Below, piece by piece: positions 18,843 to 28,711 of a stretch of DNA of 64,000 nucleotides. The number at the start of each line of letters is the position of its first letter. Within the stretch, counting starts at the first letter, position 1. The translations under genes were made by a program, and so were the position numbers. The notes beneath the pieces are model-generated. The model was not told where the DNA came from. It saw only the letters and a list, made by a program, of their open reading frames with translations, and did not search any database. The DNA is from Longimicrobiales bacterium (GTDB taxonomy: Bacteria; Gemmatimonadota; Gemmatimonadetes; Longimicrobiales; Gaopeijiaceae): positions 1-64,000 of the forward strand of contig CAXXKM010000003.1 of the NCBI GenBank assembly GCA_963664435.2, in the 5' to 3' direction.

Positions 18843-19019
18843 GGCTCGCAATTCAGCGGGAGTCAAATAGCGGGAACCCGGCCTTCCAATTCCATAACTC
18901 TAACGCTCACAGGAAGATACCAACCTGATGCCGCATGACGTAACGTCAGGGTTGGCGTCAGCCTGTCAGCAAGACAGTGCCCAGGTTAACTTCCCGATCT
19001 GTGCGCACCGGAGTTGCGA

Positions 19020-19116
19020 GGGGGCGGGTGGGGTCTGGTGACCCCAGCGGTCTTCAAAACCGTCTGGCCCGGCTTGAACCCGGGCTGGTGAGTTCGATTC
19101 TCACACGCTCCCGCCA
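19020..19116 (+). tRNA. selC: tRNA-Sec (anticodon TCA)
   Basis: Extended acceptor stem, D stem TGGGGTC/GACCCCA, anticodon loop CTTCAAA, long variable arm, GTGAG-TTCGATT-CTCAC T arm and GCCA end. Confidence 0.92.
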
Positions 19117-19159
19117 CTCCCGGTTGCGTCATCCGGCCGCGGCGCACACCCTACCCTCC

Positions 19160-19429
19160 ATGAAATCGTTCTTCCCCCTGAGGCGCAGCGAAGGCGCGAC
19201 CCTCGTCTTCCTCATCGCTTTCGCCGCGTTCGCGTTCATCCCGGAGTGGCGCACCATCGAGGTGGGGGGCATGGCGGTCTTCGGCTGGCTCATCGCCGCG
19301 CTGATGCTGATCTCGCCGGCGCTGGCCCTGGTCACGATCCTGCGGCGTGACGGGACGGGAGGCACCGCGGCCCGAGCGCGCGGGAGGGAATCCGGGGCGG
19401 GCGGGGAAGAGGGCGGAGGAGACGCCTGA
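19160..19429 (+). CDS. Small 2-TM partner protein of the SSS symporter
   Basis: Two TM helices; stop overlaps the symporter ATG (TGATG). Confidence 0.7.
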   Translation: MKSFFPLRRSEGATLVFLIAFAAFAFIPEWRTIEVGGMAVFGWLIAALMLISPALALVTILRRDGTGGTAARARGRESGAGGEEGGGDA

Positions 19430-20856
19430 TGCTCCTCGAACGCGTCCTCGTCGGGGTATATCTCGCCGCCTGCATCGGCATCGGGATCGCGGTGTCGAAG
19501 AGGGTCCTCAGCTCCCGCGACGAGTACTGGGTGGCGGGACGGCGCATCGGCACCGTCGTGAACTCGATGGCGATCATGGCGGCGCTGGCCAGCGGGGGCT
19601 CCATCATCGGTGTCATGGGGCTCGCCTACGCCCAGGGCATCCCCGCGACGCTCGCGCTCTTCGGGGGCGCGGTGGTCGGCTTTCCGCTGGCGTCCATCCT
19701 CGTTGCGAGACCGCTTCGCAACTTCGGAAAGTTCACGATCACCGACTTCATGAGCTTCCGGTACCCGCACGCGGTGGTCCGCTACCTGGTCCCGATCCTC
19801 ATCGTCGCGGCCTTCACCATCTACATCGTGGCGCAGCTGAAGGCGGCGGGCATCACCGCCGAGGCGCTGCTGGGCATCCCGTACGAGACGGCGCTGGCCC
19901 TGGCCACGCTTGTGTTCATCATCTACGTCTCGTTCGGGGGCATGGTGGCCATCACCTGGACGGATGTGATCCAGGGATTCCTCATGCTCTTCGTCATCAT
20001 GGGCACGGCGCTGGTGATCGTCTGGCGCGTGGGTTCGCCCTTCGAGATCATGAGCCAGGCCACGGCCGTCGCTCCCGAACTGGGGCAGGTCGCCAACCGG
20101 CCGGTGTCCAGCTACCTCGGATACTTCATCATCTGGGCCACGGCCATCCCGGTGATCCCCCACATCGTCATGAGGGTTTTCACGGCCCGGGACGCACAGA
20201 GCGCGCGCCTGTCGCTGAACCTGTCGATGCTGGTGTACAGCGTGATGATCCTCGCGGCGGTGCTCGCGATCGTGCCTGTGGGCAGAATCGACTTTCCGGG
20301 GCTTCAGGATGCCGACCAGCTCTTCCTCCGCGTGATGGAGACCCAGTTTCCGCCGCTCATCCGCGGAATCGCGGTCGCCGCCGTGCTCGCCGCCGTCATG
20401 TCCACGACCGATGCGCTGCTGCTCGCCTGCAGCTCGGCCATCTCGCACGATCTCCTCGGGGGGCTGCTGCGGGGCCGGGCCAGCGAGCGCACCATGAGCC
20501 TCGTGCGCATCGGCTCCACCTGGGTCATCGGGATCGCGGCGCTCCTGTGGGCGTTCTCGCCGCCCGAACTGATCACCGAGTTCTACACGGCGGGGGTGGG
20601 GGTCCTGAGCGCGAGCCTGTTCGTGCCCACCATCGCCGGATTGTGGTGGAAGAGGGCCAACCTGGCAGGTGGAGTCGGGGCGGTCGTGTCGGGCGCGGCC
20701 GTCTACATCCTGGTGCAGTTCGGGGTCATCGATGTCGGCCTTGCGCCGGTGGTCGTCGCCCTCTTCGCCAGCGCCGCGGCGATGATTCTGGGAGGGCTGT
20801 TCGGGCCGCGGGAATCCAGAGAGATGGTCGAGCGGATCGAGGCGCTGCACGGGTAG
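19429..20856 (+). CDS. Sodium:solute symporter (SSS family)
   Basis: YWVAGRRIG, FGGMVAITWTDVIQG and AAVMSTTD motifs. Confidence 0.93.
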   Translation: MLLERVLVGVYLAACIGIGIAVSKRVLSSRDEYWVAGRRIGTVVNSMAIMAALASGGSIIGVMGLAYAQGIPATLALFGGAVVGFPLASILVARPLRNFGKFTITDFMSFRYPHAVVRYLVPILIVAAFTIYIVAQLKAAGITAEALLGIPYETALALATLVFIIYVSFGGMVAITWTDVIQGFLMLFVIMGTALVIVWRVGSPFEIMSQATAVAPELGQVANRPVSSYLGYFIIWATAIPVIPHIVMRVFTARDAQSARLSLNLSMLVYSVMILAAVLAIVPVGRIDFPGLQDADQLFLRVMETQFPPLIRGIAVAAVLAAVMSTTDALLLACSSAISHDLLGGLLRGRASERTMSLVRIGSTWVIGIAALLWAFSPPELITEFYTAGVGVLSASLFVPTIAGLWWKRANLAGGVGAVVSGAAVYILVQFGVIDVGLAPVVVALFASAAAMILGGLFGPRESREMVERIEALHG

Positions 20857-20973
20857 TCACGCGCCGGCTCGCAGCTCGGATGCCCTTGTTCCGGACGTCC
20901 GCACCGGTCCACGTTGAAGGGCCCTCGACACCCGACTTCCTGCAGGACCGACGTGCTCGGTCGGGAGGCTCCG

Positions 20974-22878
20974 ATGAGACGAGTACTCTGGATTCCCCTC
21001 GTTCCGCTCGCCGCCGCAGCCTGTGCGGATGCCGGCGGCACCCCGTCATCCGCCCGTACTCCCGGCGACTTCACCCTGGAGGAGTTCGTGTCGACGAGCT
21101 CCCTCGTGGACGGAGCCGTGCCCGACTGGTCCCCGGACGGGTCGACGATCCTGTTTCTCGGGCGCGGCACGCTTTGGACCATCGACGCGAACGGAGGCGA
21201 CCCCGCGGCCATCCCCGCGGAGGGCGTCACCAGCCCGGCGTACTCCCCGGACGGCGCCTGGATCGGCTACGTGTCGAGCGCATCGGGCAACGGGCAGGAG
21301 CTCTGGCTGTGGTCCATCTCCGAGCAGCGCGCCGTCCAGCTGACCGACCTCGGCGCCCGCACCCTCGCCTGGGCCTGGTCCCCGGACGGGCGGCACATCG
21401 CCTTCTCCAACTCGCTGCGCGGCAACTACGACATCTACACGGTCTCCGTCCCCGGTGGGCAGGTGAAGCGGCTCACCACCGACACCCGCTACGACGTGCA
21501 GCCAACCTGGACGCCGGACGGTTCGGGCATCGTGTTCGTGCGCATGGACCAGTGGTGGGTCCATCGCGACGTCATCGCCATCGATGCCGCGACCGGCGCC
21601 GGCGAGCGCCTCATCGTGAGCGACCGCGACTGGATGGACTACCGCACCGGGCAGGAATTCGGGCCCGGCCAGGTCTCGCCGAGGGGCGATCTGGTGCTCT
21701 TCCGCTCCTACCGCAGCGGCTGGATCAACTGGTGGCTCGCGCCGATGGAGGGCGGGGAGCCCCGTCCGCTGGCGCCCGAGGCGGCCGATCAGAGCTCCCA
21801 GAAGCCCTTCCGCGGCTATGCCCGCTGGTCTCCCGACGGGGGAATGGTCGCGTACACCTCAAACCTGAGGGGTCGTCAGATTCTGCGGGTTGCGTCGGTG
21901 GACGACGGCACCGTCCAGACCCTCTTCGCTCCGGAGATGGGTCTGGTTGCGAACCCGGCATGGTCCCCGGATGGAAGCCGCATCGCCTTCACCTTCGACA
22001 CTCCGGCGCAGGTGCCGGATCTGTATGTGATGGACCTGGCCGGAGGGCAGCCGGCCCGCCTCACGCATTCGCTGCCCGATCCGTCGCTGGCCGACGCCTT
22101 TTTCATGCCCGAGCGGGTGAGCTACGAGAACGACGGGCTCACCATCCACTCCTACCTGTTCCGGCCGCCCGATCCTCCACCACCGGGGGGATACCCGGCC
22201 ATCGTGTGGGTCCATGGAGGACCGTCCTCGCAGTTCGAGGATGGATGGAGGCGGCACTCCGACGCCCACTACTTCATCAAACACGGATACGCGGTCCTGG
22301 CGCCCAACATCCGGGGGAGCTCCGGCTTCGGATGGGAGCACGAGGAGGCGAACAACGGCTGCTGGGCCCGGTGTGATCTGGATGATGTCGTGGCCGGGGC
22401 GAGGTATCTCGGCACCTTGCCGGACATCGACGGGGACCGGGTCGCGGTCACGGGCGTGAGCTACGGAGCCTACCTCAGCTTCGCCGCCGGCACCTTCGCC
22501 CCGGACGCGTTCAGGGCTGCCGTGCCCCTGCGGGAGGGATACGCCAACCGCATTCAGCTGGTCGAGAGGGAGTCGGCTCTTGCCAACATCAACATGTACC
22601 AGTACGAACTCGGCCTGCTGGCGGAGAACCGCGAGACGTTCCGGCGGGCGTCGCCCACGCTGTTTGCGCAGGATCTGGGGGTGCCCATGCTGATCATCGC
22701 AGGGGAGGGCGACGTGCAGATGCGGGGCTTCGCCACGGAGGCGGCCCGCTACTACAAGCCAATCACCTACGAGCGGTACGAGGACGTTGCGGGCCCGACC
22801 GCGCGGCTCGAATGGATGCCGAGGATGCTGGCGTTCCTGGACCGGCATGTTAAGGGCGACGTGGATCTCTGGCCGTAA
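20974..22878 (+). CDS. S9 family peptidase lipoprotein with a PD40/TolB-like propeller
   Basis: Lipobox LAAAAC, repeated WSPDG, VHGGP and GVSYG nucleophile. The catalytic His is not evident. Confidence 0.85.
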   Translation: MRRVLWIPLVPLAAAACADAGGTPSSARTPGDFTLEEFVSTSSLVDGAVPDWSPDGSTILFLGRGTLWTIDANGGDPAAIPAEGVTSPAYSPDGAWIGYVSSASGNGQELWLWSISEQRAVQLTDLGARTLAWAWSPDGRHIAFSNSLRGNYDIYTVSVPGGQVKRLTTDTRYDVQPTWTPDGSGIVFVRMDQWWVHRDVIAIDAATGAGERLIVSDRDWMDYRTGQEFGPGQVSPRGDLVLFRSYRSGWINWWLAPMEGGEPRPLAPEAADQSSQKPFRGYARWSPDGGMVAYTSNLRGRQILRVASVDDGTVQTLFAPEMGLVANPAWSPDGSRIAFTFDTPAQVPDLYVMDLAGGQPARLTHSLPDPSLADAFFMPERVSYENDGLTIHSYLFRPPDPPPPGGYPAIVWVHGGPSSQFEDGWRRHSDAHYFIKHGYAVLAPNIRGSSGFGWEHEEANNGCWARCDLDDVVAGARYLGTLPDIDGDRVAVTGVSYGAYLSFAAGTFAPDAFRAAVPLREGYANRIQLVERESALANINMYQYELGLLAENRETFRRASPTLFAQDLGVPMLIIAGEGDVQMRGFATEAARYYKPITYERYEDVAGPTARLEWMPRMLAFLDRHVKGDVDLWP

Positions 22879-23464
22879 GCGCAATCGTGGGGCCGGCGGC
22901 CTGACCCGACGCGGGAGCCCGCCACTCGTCGCGCAGGACGGAGTAGATCACCATGTCCTGCCGAACTTCCGGGTCGGCGTCGCTCGGACGTTCGCTTCTC
23001 AGCAGCCCGTCCCGCCTCATTCCCAGCTTTTCCATCACTCTTGAGGACCGGGTATTCGCAAGGTCGGCCAGCGCGGTGATCTTTGCGAGGCCGAACTCGT
23101 CGAACGCCCAGTCCATGACCGCGGCTGCGGCTTCGACGACAAGGCCCTTGCCCCAGTGCGCGCGTGCGATGCTGTACCCGATTTCGGCGGTCCCCATGGA
23201 CGTGTCGACTCTGATGTTGATTCCGCCGACGCACCTGCCGCTCATACAAATCGCGAAGACGGGGTTCGCATCCCAGGCAGCAAGCACGGACCGCGCCACG
23301 AACTCGACAGCGTGCCTGTATTCATAGGGGCTGGGGACTGGCAGATACCGAGCCCACTCGGAGTCGCGAGCGTAGGCGTAGACATCGTCGACATCCGTGA
23401 GCTGGAACGGGCGCAGGAGCAGCCGATCGGTTGTGAGCGTAATCGGCTCCATCTTCTTCGTCAT
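22850..23464 (-). CDS. GNAT N-acetyltransferase (RimJ/RimL family)
   Basis: TDRLLLRP, EIGY...WGKG and N..S.RVMEKLGM motifs. Confidence 0.9.
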   Translation of the reverse strand: MTKKMEPITLTTDRLLLRPFQLTDVDDVYAYARDSEWARYLPVPSPYEYRHAVEFVARSVLAAWDANPVFAICMSGRCVGGINIRVDTSMGTAEIGYSIARAHWGKGLVVEAAAAVMDWAFDEFGLAKITALADLANTRSSRVMEKLGMRRDGLLRSERPSDADPEVRQDMVIYSVLRDEWRAPASGQAAGPTIALTARDPRRP

Positions 23465-23544
23465 GACTCATCCGCGCCGGGGGAAGGTTCGATTCCTCGA
23501 CAGGCAGACCAGGGGCGGCCGGGCTCCGCTCCTCGATGAGCCCG

Positions 23545-25032
23545 TCAGGGGCGGCCGAGTTCCGCCTCCACCTCGTCCAGGGCGATGGGCCAGCGCGGGT
23601 GGCGGGCGGCTCTGATGCGCGCCATCGGTCCTGCCACGACGGTCACGAAGGCGGCGGGGTCCAGGTACTCGCGAGCCAATCGCTTTACGGCGGCGGGCGT
23701 TGCGGATTCCACCGTCTCGGGCCACTCCATCAGGTGGTTCGTGCCCCCGTGCCGCACATGCTCCACCGCGAAGGTCCCGCTCGCGCTGGTCGCCAGCTCC
23801 AGCGACCGCCGCCAGACCGCGCTCACCAGCCAGCCCTGGGCACGCGCCACCTCCGCTTCGGTCACCGGCGCATCCGGATCGTGCATGCGCCCGATCTCGT
23901 CCAGGCTGAATCGGAGGAGGGGCGCCACCGCTTCGGGGCGACCTCCGGTGCGCACGAGCAGGAGGCCGGTGCCCGACGCCGTCACGGGTATCTCGAAGTC
24001 GTCCCGGTTGGCCAGGCCCCTCATCTCGCGCGCGGCGATGTTCAGGCGCTCGGCGAGGATGAAGCGGAGCACGGCAAAAGCAACCCGGTCCGATTCGGGG
24101 ATGGCGCCCACGGCGCGCCCGATGGCGATCCAGCCCTCCAGGCTCGGAACTTCCACGGCGTGGAAGCGGGTCGCGGGCCCGGGCGAATCGGCCATCGTCG
24201 GGGCCTCCTCGATCAGGGAGGGTTCGGTCACCAGGCCGCTGCTTCTCGCCCAGCCCCGGGTCGCCGACTCCAGCGCCTCCTCCACTTCGTCGCGGGGCAC
24301 GGGCCCGCCGACTCCGAGCACCACGCGGTCGGCCGCCAGGCTTCGGGACGCGAGGGCGCGCACCGCGTCCGGCGACACCGTCTGTCCCGGGTCCGGAGGC
24401 GCCAGGGGGTATCCGCCGAGCCGCCGCTCCAGCTCGACCCTGGGACGAAAACCGTCCCCGTCGATCCCGGCCATCGGCATGTCGTAGCCCGGGCCCGTCC
24501 TGTACTCGCGGATGGTCGCGGCGTCGAGATCGGGATTCCGCACGAGTTCCACGAGCAACTCGAATCCCTCCTGCCAGTCGTCCGGGAGTACATCGAGGGA
24601 GATGCGCGTGGCGTCGAGGGTCACCGAGGCACTCAGCGACGTTCCCAGCTCCGCGAAGCGAAGCGAAAGCGGGCTGCTCGCGCCCGCGGGACCCCGCGTC
24701 GTGAGGAGTTGGATGAGAAGGGCCGACGCGCCGGCCTCGCCATCGCGCTCGTGGAGCCGGCCGATCGGCAGCGCGGCAGTGAGGCGCACCAGCGGGTCGG
24801 CTGCTGCTCCGGTCACGATGTACGCCCGCGCGCCGCTGGAGGCCTCGAAGAGCGCTTGCTCCGGATCGGGCGGCGTGAACGCGGCCGAGCCGAGCGCGAG
24901 CGCGCCCGGGTCCGGCCAGTCGTGCTCCAGGAGCGGCCGCGAGCGGCCGGGAAGGGTCTCGCCGGCACCGTCTCCGCATCCTCCGGGGGCGAGCGCCGCC
25001 AGGGCCAGCACCGCAGCCATCCCGCCCCTCAT
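23545..25032 (-). CDS. M16 peptidase, non-catalytic partner subunit (lipoprotein)
   Basis: M16-like segments with no HXXEH; translationally coupled to the upstream M16 gene. Confidence 0.75.
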   Translation of the reverse strand: MRGGMAAVLALAALAPGGCGDGAGETLPGRSRPLLEHDWPDPGALALGSAAFTPPDPEQALFEASSGARAYIVTGAAADPLVRLTAALPIGRLHERDGEAGASALLIQLLTTRGPAGASSPLSLRFAELGTSLSASVTLDATRISLDVLPDDWQEGFELLVELVRNPDLDAATIREYRTGPGYDMPMAGIDGDGFRPRVELERRLGGYPLAPPDPGQTVSPDAVRALASRSLAADRVVLGVGGPVPRDEVEEALESATRGWARSSGLVTEPSLIEEAPTMADSPGPATRFHAVEVPSLEGWIAIGRAVGAIPESDRVAFAVLRFILAERLNIAAREMRGLANRDDFEIPVTASGTGLLLVRTGGRPEAVAPLLRFSLDEIGRMHDPDAPVTEAEVARAQGWLVSAVWRRSLELATSASGTFAVEHVRHGGTNHLMEWPETVESATPAAVKRLAREYLDPAAFVTVVAGPMARIRAARHPRWPIALDEVEAELGRP

Positions 25033-26702
25033 CGCCCGTCTCCCGGCAGGTCCGCCCACAGGAAGTCGAGCCAGCTCGGCCCGCTCCCCTCGGGGGGCCG
25101 GGCGCGCGCGGTGGCGATCACCCGGTTGGAGGGAACGAAGTAGGTCGATGCGACCCGCTGCACGTCCGCCGCCGTGGCGGCGTCCCGCGCCTCGATGAGG
25201 TCCGGCAGCACGCTCCAGTGGTTCATGGTGTGGTGATGGCCGATCAGGAAAGCGAGCTCCTGTGGGTTGTCCAGAAACTCCGCCCACTCGACGCGAAGGC
25301 GCTTGCGCGCCCGCCCCAGCGCGCCGGCGTCGATCCGTCCCTCCCGGAGGTCGGCCACGGCGTCCAGCAATCCCCGCTCGACCGCTGCCAGGTCGCCGTC
25401 CGCCCCGGCTCGCGCAACAAGGTTGAACGCTCCTGGCGACCCGAAGCGGTAGGTGTGGATGACCCGGAAGTCGGCGGCCACCGAGGCGCCCGTGCCGATC
25501 GCCGCCAACCTCCGGCCGGCCATGCCGTGGGGCCCGTTCAGGAGCGCGGCGATGAGGTCGAGCACGGGCCGGTCCGGGTGTCCCATCCCCGGAATGCGGT
25601 AGCGCACGTGCACCTGCGGCGAGAGCGGCTCCGTCCAGTCGAGCCGGATCGATCCGCCGGGCACCAGCTCGGCCTCGACGTCGAGGTCGGCCGGCGGCTC
25701 GGGCCCCCGCGGCAGCGCTCCGAAATAGCGTTCCGCGAGGGGGACGACCTCGTCGAGGGTCGCATCGCCGACCAGCACCAGCGCCGCGTTGTTGGGCACG
25801 AAGTAGTCGTCGTAGATCCGCCACATGGCGGCCCGCGTGAAGTTGTCGAAATCGCGGAGGTGCCCGCCGTCGGGGACGTAGACCGGGTGCCCCTGGGAGG
25901 TCACCCCGTCGATCGCCTCGTTGAAGCGCGTCTGCGGCCGGCTCTTTCCGCCGAGGATCTGCTCGAGCACCGTGAAGCGCTGCGCCTCCCATCCCCTGAA
26001 AACCGCGTTCACCATGCGCTCCGCCTCGAGCCGGAAGAAGAGCTCAAGGTGCTCCCTGGGGAGCGCCATGTTCATCTCCATGTAGTCCTGCTCGGTGCTG
26101 GCCGGGACCGGATCCAGGTGCCGGACGTACCCGCCGTGCTCCATGTACCACTTGTAGGAGGTCCAGAAGTCGCGGTACTCGTTGTCGCGGTCCTCGAGCT
26201 CGTAGAGCCTCGCCCGCAGGGCCCGCAACTCGGGAGTCGACGGCCAACCCAGCTCGTCGTAGAAGACATCCCGCTCGCGAAGCTGATTGCGCACGCGCTT
26301 GCGCGCCGCGATGAGCTCCTGCTCGGTGTCGTGGATCTCGCGCAGGATGGGCAACTCGCCCGCCAGGTCGCGGGTGCCGATGGTCGTGGTCCCCTGGTGA
26401 ATGACGTGCTCGAGGAAGTGCGTGATGCCGTGCATCCCCACCGCCTCCTGCATCGAACCGACGCGGATCCACAGGTTGGCGGCGACACGCGGCGCTCGAT
26501 GGTCCGCGACGAGAAGAATCGTGAAACCGTTTTCGAGGACGTGCTCCTGTACCTGAAGTGGTGGGGACGGGGATTGCGCGGGAAGCGCGGGTGCTGCCCG
26601 GGCCGGTGACCGGGCGGGAGGCGTTGCCGATGACGCCGGTACGCCGGGGAATGCGGCCGCGCCCCCGGCAGCGAGGAAAGCGACGACGAGCAAAGTGCGC
26701 AT
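25029..26702 (-). CDS. M16 (pitrilysin-family) zinc peptidase
   Basis: Signal peptide, LENGF, GITHFLEH (HXXEH) and YFVPNNA. Confidence 0.9.
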   Translation of the reverse strand: MRTLLVVAFLAAGGAAAFPGVPASSATPPARSPARAAPALPAQSPSPPLQVQEHVLENGFTILLVADHRAPRVAANLWIRVGSMQEAVGMHGITHFLEHVIHQGTTTIGTRDLAGELPILREIHDTEQELIAARKRVRNQLRERDVFYDELGWPSTPELRALRARLYELEDRDNEYRDFWTSYKWYMEHGGYVRHLDPVPASTEQDYMEMNMALPREHLELFFRLEAERMVNAVFRGWEAQRFTVLEQILGGKSRPQTRFNEAIDGVTSQGHPVYVPDGGHLRDFDNFTRAAMWRIYDDYFVPNNAALVLVGDATLDEVVPLAERYFGALPRGPEPPADLDVEAELVPGGSIRLDWTEPLSPQVHVRYRIPGMGHPDRPVLDLIAALLNGPHGMAGRRLAAIGTGASVAADFRVIHTYRFGSPGAFNLVARAGADGDLAAVERGLLDAVADLREGRIDAGALGRARKRLRVEWAEFLDNPQELAFLIGHHHTMNHWSVLPDLIEARDAATAADVQRVASTYFVPSNRVIATARARPPEGSGPSWLDFLWADLPGDGR

Positions 26703-26932
26703 GGCGGTGGCCCCCGTGCGTTGGTGACGAGGCGTCCTCCCGCGATCCAGCGGGTACTCCGCAGGTCGTGCGAATCGAGGCCTCGATCGTGCGGGCCCCC
26801 TCAGAATGCAGCGGGATTGGGCGTGAGTCGAGTGCAATCGCCCGCCTCGACGCCCTGGGAGTGGAGCCGCCGGCTGCCCGCCACGCTGGTTCCGTGTCCC
26901 GCCCGCGCGGCAAGGAGGCAGGCGGGCGTCCT

Positions 26933-27613
26933 CTATCGCGCCCGGAAGGTGATGGGAATCTGGATCCACACCGGGACCACCTTGTCGAGGTTGAGCGCCG
27001 GGGTGAATCTGGCCACGCCGGCGACGCGAAGAGCGGCCTCGTCGAGCGACACGTGTCCGGACGCCTCGGCCACCAGCGTTCTCTGCACCGTCCCTTCCTC
27101 GTCGATGAAGAAGTGGATGAGCACGGTTCCGCCTATCCCCGCATCGCGCAGCATCGCGGGATACTCCCGCTCCAGCGCCCGCTGCAACTCACGCCGGTTG
27201 GTGATGCTCGGTCGAACCGTCATCGGTGTGATGGCAGGCGCGTCGATGAGGCTTCCGGCCTCCTCGTCCCGCGGTTGCATGAGCGTCTCGACCGGGTTGT
27301 CCTCGAAGGTGGTGGGCGAGATGGTGATATCTTCGCTGATGTCGGCCGTGGTGATCACCGGGATCGCCGGCCGGCTGATCGCTTCCGGCTCGGGCGGTAT
27401 CTCGATCTCTGGAGGGACAACCACCACCCTGGTCTCCGTCGAGTCCGAAGGGACGTTCGCCGCGGTCATGTCGGGCCAGAACATGAACATCGCGAAGTGA
27501 AGGGCGGTTGCGGTGAGCACGGAACCCCAGAGCCATGCGCTGAACGATTTCTTGAAGCGGTCGTTGGCGGCGGCCCGGGACGGGGCCTGGTGGTGAAGGT
27601 CGCTGTCGCTCAT
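26933..27613 (-). CDS. tonB: Energy transducer TonB
   Basis: N-terminal TM, Pro-rich linker and C-terminal YP...GIGGTV...LDEAA...FTPA domain. Confidence 0.9.
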   Translation of the reverse strand: MSDSDLHHQAPSRAAANDRFKKSFSAWLWGSVLTATALHFAMFMFWPDMTAANVPSDSTETRVVVVPPEIEIPPEPEAISRPAIPVITTADISEDITISPTTFEDNPVETLMQPRDEEAGSLIDAPAITPMTVRPSITNRRELQRALEREYPAMLRDAGIGGTVLIHFFIDEEGTVQRTLVAEASGHVSLDEAALRVAGVARFTPALNLDKVVPVWIQIPITFRAR

Positions 27614-28057
27614 GGTCTCTCCTCCATGCGGCGTTTCGACTCGATCGGGAGGACGACGCGGCCACATTCGCAAGTCGTCCGTTATCGAGTTGGATGCAAT
27701 TCCCGAGCCTGTGACTGGCGGCACTGCGGCCCGTCGTCGACGCTTGCCGGGACGATGACCGGACGGGGCGCCTCGAGACGATGAAGTCGCGCCGTCGCCC
27801 GCAGGATGATCTCGTCATGAAGCCGACCGTGCGCGAGCGTCGGCTCGAGCAACCAGCGGGAATGCAGAACGTCTCGATTGCTGCCGGGTATCAGCCGCGT
27901 TCGCCTGCCGGTCCAGGCTCGTTCGCCCACCGGCCGGGAGGCCTCTTCGCCAGGAAAGTACCTTGCTGCATAAGGTTTTATGCCTGATAGACCTACGGAT
28001 GTGCTGCCAGGCGTCGGAATCGCATGCTCGGCGCATGCCCGGCCACGGCTCCCGGTG

Positions 28058-28711
28058 ATGCACGCTCCGATCCGCCCGCGCCGGGCTCCCGCGGCGTGCC
28101 TCCTTGCGGCCGCCGCGATCGCATTGACCGCCTTGGCCATTCCGCAAGGAGCGTGCGCCCAGGAAGCACAGGCGAACGTCGAGCCCCAAGCGACGGATTC
28201 CGTCGCACCGTCGCCATCGACGGGCCGCCCATCCCCCGGCGGCGCCCTCCTCCGCAGCGTCGTCGTCCCCGGCTGGGGACAGGCGGCGTCAGGCTCGTAC
28301 GGCCGGGCCGCATTCTACTTCCTCGCCCAGGCGGGCAACGTGTGGATGGCCTACAAGACTCACTCGCTGCGCGACACCGCGCGGCGGCGTCAGCGGATGC
28401 TCGAGGACGCGAAGACCGCCGAGCTTCTGCGTGGCGGCGTCGCATCGGAGGCCGTGGAGGCCCAACTCGGCGCGGACGAGCGCATAGAGGACATCCGTCT
28501 GCTGGCGACCGCGCGCGATGAACAGATGGAGGACTGGGTCGCGCTGCTGGTCTTCTTCACCTTCTTCGGGGGAGCCGACGCCTACGTCTCGGCCCATCTG
28601 GCCGATTTTCCCGTGCCCCTGACGGTGGAACCGGTCGCCGGTCCCTCCGGCACGGCGTTCGAGGTCGGTCTGTCGCTGCCGTGGACGCCGGAGCTTTTTC
28701 GACGGGACTAG
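28058..28711 (+). CDS. DUF5683-like membrane protein
   Basis: ALLRSVVVPGWGQ and DAYVSAHLADF motifs. Confidence 0.75.
   Translation: MHAPIRPRRAPAACLLAAAAIALTALAIPQGACAQEAQANVEPQATDSVAPSPSTGRPSPGGALLRSVVVPGWGQAASGSYGRAAFYFLAQAGNVWMAYKTHSLRDTARRRQRMLEDAKTAELLRGGVASEAVEAQLGADERIEDIRLLATARDEQMEDWVALLVFFTFFGGADAYVSAHLADFPVPLTVEPVAGPSGTAFEVGLSLPWTPELFRRD

Noticed and set aside
27968..27983. Palindrome GCATAA-N4-TTATGC between tonB and the DUF5683 gene
   Set aside because: Plausible operator, but a single 6-bp inverted repeat with no second instance or identifiable regulator.
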